Virus record (IMG/VR): IMGVR_UViG_3300017659_000001
Strand: one strand, 5' to 3'
DNA: 53,456 bases
Source of the DNA: a virus
Shown here: in pieces, positions 50,771 to 53,456 of the stretch
How the letters are laid out: every line of letters starts with the position of its first letter
Numbering within the stretch: the first letter of the stretch is position 1
The notes under the pieces: generated by a model
Database searches by the model: none
What the model saw: only the letters and a program-made list of their open reading frames with translations
Told to the model about the DNA's origin: nothing
Translations under genes and position numbers: made by a program

Positions 50771-51652
50771 ATGCCGAGCCGGTTCGAGTACGAGAGAGCA
50801 GTCCGCAGCAGCGACCTCCCATCGCTCTCACGATTGCTCGCGCTCACCGTCGCCACCTGGGCAGACGTACGGACCGGCATCATCCCCGACCGGCTCACGC
50901 CTTCACTGACGACGCTGGAGTCCGCCACGGGGATGGCGCGCGCCTCGGTCCGCAAGCACCTGGACACGCTGGAGGCGGGCGGGTGGCTGAAGCGTGACCG
51001 TCCGTCGGTGGCTGCGGCCCGGGCGGAGAAGGCCCGCACCAAGTACACGATCAAGGTTCCGCGCGGCGCAGCAGTGCCCGAATCGGACGGGATTGAGCTA
51101 GGGCAGGACGCAGCCGCCACTAGGGCAGGAAATGCCCTAGACGCCCAGGAGCTAGGGCAGGAGCTGCCCCTGCCTAGGGCAGGAGACGCCCTAGCACTAG
51201 GGCAGGAGATGACCACGACTAGGGCAGGAGCTGCCCTCAGTAGTTCCAGTAGTTCCAGTAGTTCCGTTGAGTACCAACCACACGCGCCCGCCGCCGTAGC
51301 CCCCCAGTCGGGACGAGGAGAGATCCAACCCCTCATCGACGCCATGGGCGCCCGCGGCATGAACATCTCCTGGCACTTCCAAGCACCCGAGTGGATCGAA
51401 CTCCGCGACGCCATCCGCCGCGCCGGAGTCCCCGCCCTCGTCGACCACGCCGAACGCGCATGGGCCGCCGCAAAGAAGACGCCCTACAGCGCCCGCTACT
51501 TCCTCACCGGCTGGACCGGACTCCAGACGCCCACCACCTTCACCGGGCCCCGCCCCGTCGCACCCGCCAGCCCCGCCCTCGCCCGCCGCAACGCGGCCCG
51601 CGGCGTCCTCGACCAACTCACCGAACAACTCCGCGCAGGAGGCAACCCGTGA
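50771..51652 (+). CDS. Replication initiator/replisome organiser (winged HTH) containing the iteron array
   Basis: ORF track. TLESATGMARASVRKHLDTLEAGGWL. The origin repeats lie inside the gene. It is followed by a helicase-loader-like gene. Confidence 0.75.
   Translation: MPSRFEYERAVRSSDLPSLSRLLALTVATWADVRTGIIPDRLTPSLTTLESATGMARASVRKHLDTLEAGGWLKRDRPSVAAARAEKARTKYTIKVPRGAAVPESDGIELGQDAAATRAGNALDAQELGQELPLPRAGDALALGQEMTTTRAGAALSSSSSSSSSVEYQPHAPAAVAPQSGRGEIQPLIDAMGARGMNISWHFQAPEWIELRDAIRRAGVPALVDHAERAWAAAKKTPYSARYFLTGWTGLQTPTTFTGPRPVAPASPALARRNAARGVLDQLTEQLRAGGNP
51098..51229 (+). repeat. Iteron array: six direct copies of CTAGGGCAGGA plus inverted partial copies
   Basis: Copies start at 51098, 51120, 51152, 51174, 51197 and 51219. 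Inverted TGCCCTAG lies at 51133..51140 and GCCCTAG at 51188..51194. Confidence 0.85.
51239..51265 (+). repeat. Tandem 9-mer AGTAGTTCC x3, relatively AT-rich, adjacent to the iterons (possible unwinding element)
   Basis: Read directly. It encodes poly-Ser. Confidence 0.8.
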
Positions 51653-52299
51653 CCCCCGACCAAATCCCCCAACTCCTCAAGCAGGTCTCATACGCCGACC
51701 CCCGCCTCCTCCCCGAAGACCCCGCCGAAATCATGGGCATGGCCGCCCTCTGGGCCGTCGTCCTCGCAGACGTCCCCGCCAACTACGCCATGACCGCAGT
51801 CGGCCAGCACTACGCCGCCAGCCCCTACCCGATCAAGCCCTCCGACATCGCCGACCGCTGGCGCACCACCGTCCGCGACCGCATGCGGCAACACACCGGA
51901 ACCTTCGAACCCCGCGACCACCCCGACATCGACCCCGACGACGTACCCGCCTACATCGCCGCCGTCCGAGCCGAGTACGACGCCATCCGCACCGGACAAG
52001 CGCCCCCCACCCCCGTCCGCGCCATCACCAGCCGCGAAGTCCAAGAAGACGACATCCGCGCCATGCGGCAACAGGACGACCTCAAAGCGTTCATGCGCCA
52101 GGCCATCACCCAGGCCGCCACAGACAACAAGAACCGCCGCAAGGCCGTCGCCCGCTACCCCGACCTCGACGAGAAGATCCACGACCTCCCCGGCCACAAG
52201 AAGTGGTCCGGCTCCGTCGGCGGCAACCAGCGCACCGCCGCCATCGTCGCCGAGGCCGAACACCGCGCCGCAGCCGGGCAGAACGCGAGCGCCGCCTGA
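51649..52299 (+). CDS. G39P-like helicase loader candidate (216 aa)
   Basis: GTG 51649 after GCAGGAGG, in ORF 51391..52299. LLKQVSYADPRLLPED...LWAVVLADV...AVGQHYAASPYPIKPSDIADRW fits the SPP1 G39P N-terminal pattern as I remember it. Confidence 0.6.
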   Translation: MTPDQIPQLLKQVSYADPRLLPEDPAEIMGMAALWAVVLADVPANYAMTAVGQHYAASPYPIKPSDIADRWRTTVRDRMRQHTGTFEPRDHPDIDPDDVPAYIAAVRAEYDAIRTGQAPPTPVRAITSREVQEDDIRAMRQQDDLKAFMRQAITQAATDNKNRRKAVARYPDLDEKIHDLPGHKKWSGSVGGNQRTAAIVAEAEHRAAAGQNASAA

Positions 52300-52661
52300 T
52301 GCCGATCCGCCCCGAGAACCGCCACCGCTACCCGTCCGACTGGAAGACCATCAGCCTCCGCATCCGCACCGTCCGCGCGGCTGGCCGCTGCGAGTGCCGA
52401 GGGGAATGCGGGCGCGGCACCCACACCGGACGCTGCCCCAACCGCAACGGCGCCCCGGCCTACGGCACCGGCAGCCGCGTGGTGCTCACCGTCGCCCACC
52501 TCGACCACACCCCCGAGAACTGCGACCCCACCAACCTCCGCGCCATGTGCAACGGCTGCCACCTCCACTACGACCGCGACCATCACCGCGAAACCGCAGC
52601 AGCCACCCGACGCGCCGCCATCGAAGCCACGGGCCAACTCACGATCGGAGAGCCGACGTGA
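52299..52661 (+). CDS. HNH endonuclease
   Basis: ATG 52299 in ORF 52203..52661. VAHLDHTPENCDPTNLRAMCNGCHLHYD plus a CECRGEC...C zinc cluster. Confidence 0.9.
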   Translation: MPIRPENRHRYPSDWKTISLRIRTVRAAGRCECRGECGRGTHTGRCPNRNGAPAYGTGSRVVLTVAHLDHTPENCDPTNLRAMCNGCHLHYDRDHHRETAAATRRAAIEATGQLTIGEPT

Positions 52662-52879
52662 CGCCGTACGACCGCCTCATGGCCGAGGAGATCCCCGTAC
52701 GGCCGACGCCACCACCCGCACCCGGACCGCCCCGCTCGTGGACGCCCGAAGAGCAAGCACAGCACCAGGCCGACCTCCTCACAGCGATCAACGGATGGCA
52801 CTGGCAAGACGACCCCCGCGTCTCCACCCGCCGCCGCGGCCACCTCCGCCTCATCGAGACCAACACCGAAGCCGCCTGA
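52658..52879 (+). CDS. Hypothetical protein (73 aa)
   Basis: GTG 52658 (GTGA overlap) in ORF 52394..52879. Confidence 0.55.
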   Translation: MTPYDRLMAEEIPVRPTPPPAPGPPRSWTPEEQAQHQADLLTAINGWHWQDDPRVSTRRRGHLRLIETNTEAA

Positions 52880-52920
52880 CCCATCACAACGTTCGACCAA
52901 CACCACGAAACGGACACCCC

Positions 52921-53456
52921 GTGACAAGCCTCGACACCCTCATCCCACCCACCGACCTCGACGCCGCCATCCAGGCCGGCCACATCACACGCCGCCCACA
53001 CCCCACCCTGCCGCTGTCGATCTACACGTACACGCGGGCCGCCCAGTACGAGCGCGCCTGGACTCCCGCCACCCTCCGCTGCCGGGGCCTGATCGCCGAC
53101 GACAAGACCGGCGAGATCATCGGATGGCCGTTCCCGAAGTTCTTCAACGTCGGCGAGCACGCCCACGGCAACGAGTACGCGCCGCCGCTCCCGGAGGGCG
53201 AGCCGTTCGAGGTGTACGACAAGGTCGACGGATCCCTCGGCATCGTCTTCCACTACGGCGGCCGGTGGCGTGCCGCGTCGAAGGGCTCCTTCACCAGCGA
53301 GCAAGCCGCGTGGGCGCAGCAGTGGCTCGACAGCCGGTCCACCGGATACCTCGTGCCCGGCAATACCTACCTCGCTGAGATCATCTATCCCGGCAACCGG
53401 ATCGTCGTCGACTACGGCCAGCGCGAAGACCTCGTCCTCCTCGCCGCGTTCAACGC
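52921..53456 (+). CDS. RNA ligase (Rnl1/T4 RnlA-like), N-terminal part; continues at base 1 via the overlap
   Basis: Hand-translated from GTG 52921: ...LRCRGLIADDKTGEIIGWPFPKFFNVGEH...FEVYDKVDGSLGIVF.... There is no stop before the window end. It is absent from the ORF track because it is unterminated. Confidence 0.8.
   Translation, partial: MTSLDTLIPPTDLDAAIQAGHITRRPHPTLPLSIYTYTRAAQYERAWTPATLRCRGLIADDKTGEIIGWPFPKFFNVGEHAHGNEYAPPLPEGEPFEVYDKVDGSLGIVFHYGGRWRAASKGSFTSEQAAWAQQWLDSRSTGYLVPGNTYLAEIIYPGNRIVVDYGQREDLVLLAAFN
53334..53456. repeat. Exact 123-bp copy of 1..123
   Basis: Read directly. Confidence 0.97.

Noticed and set aside
51098-51265. Possible CRISPR array or minisatellite.
   Set aside because: The repeats are only 11 bp with 11-21-bp spacers. 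They lie inside a coding sequence next to a helicase-loader gene, and no cas genes are present. The geometry fits iterons, not CRISPR.
1-53456. Known large defence or mobile systems: reverse transcriptase (retron, DGR), Cas proteins, CBASS cyclase, restriction-modification enzymes, transposase, serine integrase.
   Set aside because: Reading all ORFs of 60 aa or more, I saw no YxDD RT motif, no methyltransferase motifs, no DDE or serine-recombinase signatures, and no large NTPase genes other than TerL. Small novel systems cannot be excluded without profile searches.

Overview
This window is a complete temperate siphovirus genome from a very GC-rich actinobacterium, probably Streptomyces-like. 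The host call rests on near-universal G/C at third codon positions, a WhiB-family gene, and many GTG/TTG starts with ATGA/GTGA stop-start overlaps. The last 123 bases (53334..53456) are an exact copy of bases 1..123. The unit genome is therefore 53,333 bp, and the window is a circularly closed or permuted assembly. The junction falls inside an RNA-ligase gene.

Gene order:
- 0.8-9.7 kb: small early and accessory genes, including a hairpin-insulated five-gene membrane-protein cassette at 6.4-9.1 kb.
- 9.8-11 kb: a small membrane-protein gene, then a three-gene operon on the minus strand starting with a ribbon-helix-helix-like protein.
- 12-34.8 kb: a classical late module with TerS, TerL, a portal-MuF fusion, ClpP-type protease, HK97-type capsid, connectors, two tail-tube paralogues, G/G-T chaperone with a CCCTTTG slippery site, tape measure, a distal tail protein (Dit) fused to a large tail-tip/fibre extension, amidase endolysin, holin, and a membrane-anchored collagen-like protein.
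- 34.9-40.5 kb: a lysogeny and accessory island with a 401-aa protein (HTH plus helical domain), two Cys-rich small proteins, an XRE regulator, a repeat-rich candidate attP, tyrosine integrase, divergent CI-like and Cro-like regulators, and an Xis-like HTH.
- 40.5-53.3 kb: an early replication and recombination arm with a PD-(D/E)XK nuclease, DnaQ-like exonuclease, RuvC-like resolvase, a WhiB fusion, an Arr-like ADP-ribosyltransferase, a replication initiator whose gene contains an iteron-type origin, a G39P-like helicase loader, an HNH endonuclease and the RNA ligase.

I found no tRNA, rRNA, CRISPR array, transposase or reverse transcriptase.

The most interesting candidates for undescribed biology are:
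- the HTH-plus-helical-domain regulator flanked by GTAGGAC palindromes (34.9-36.6 kb);
- the insulated Spd-like membrane cassette (6.3-9.2 kb);
- the Arr-like ADP-ribosyltransferase operon (49.4-50.4 kb);
- the minus-strand ribbon-helix-helix operon (10.3-11.1 kb);
- the WhiB protein fused to a degenerate HNH-like module (47.2-48.6 kb).

All functional calls come from motif reading and memory of protein families. No database search was run.
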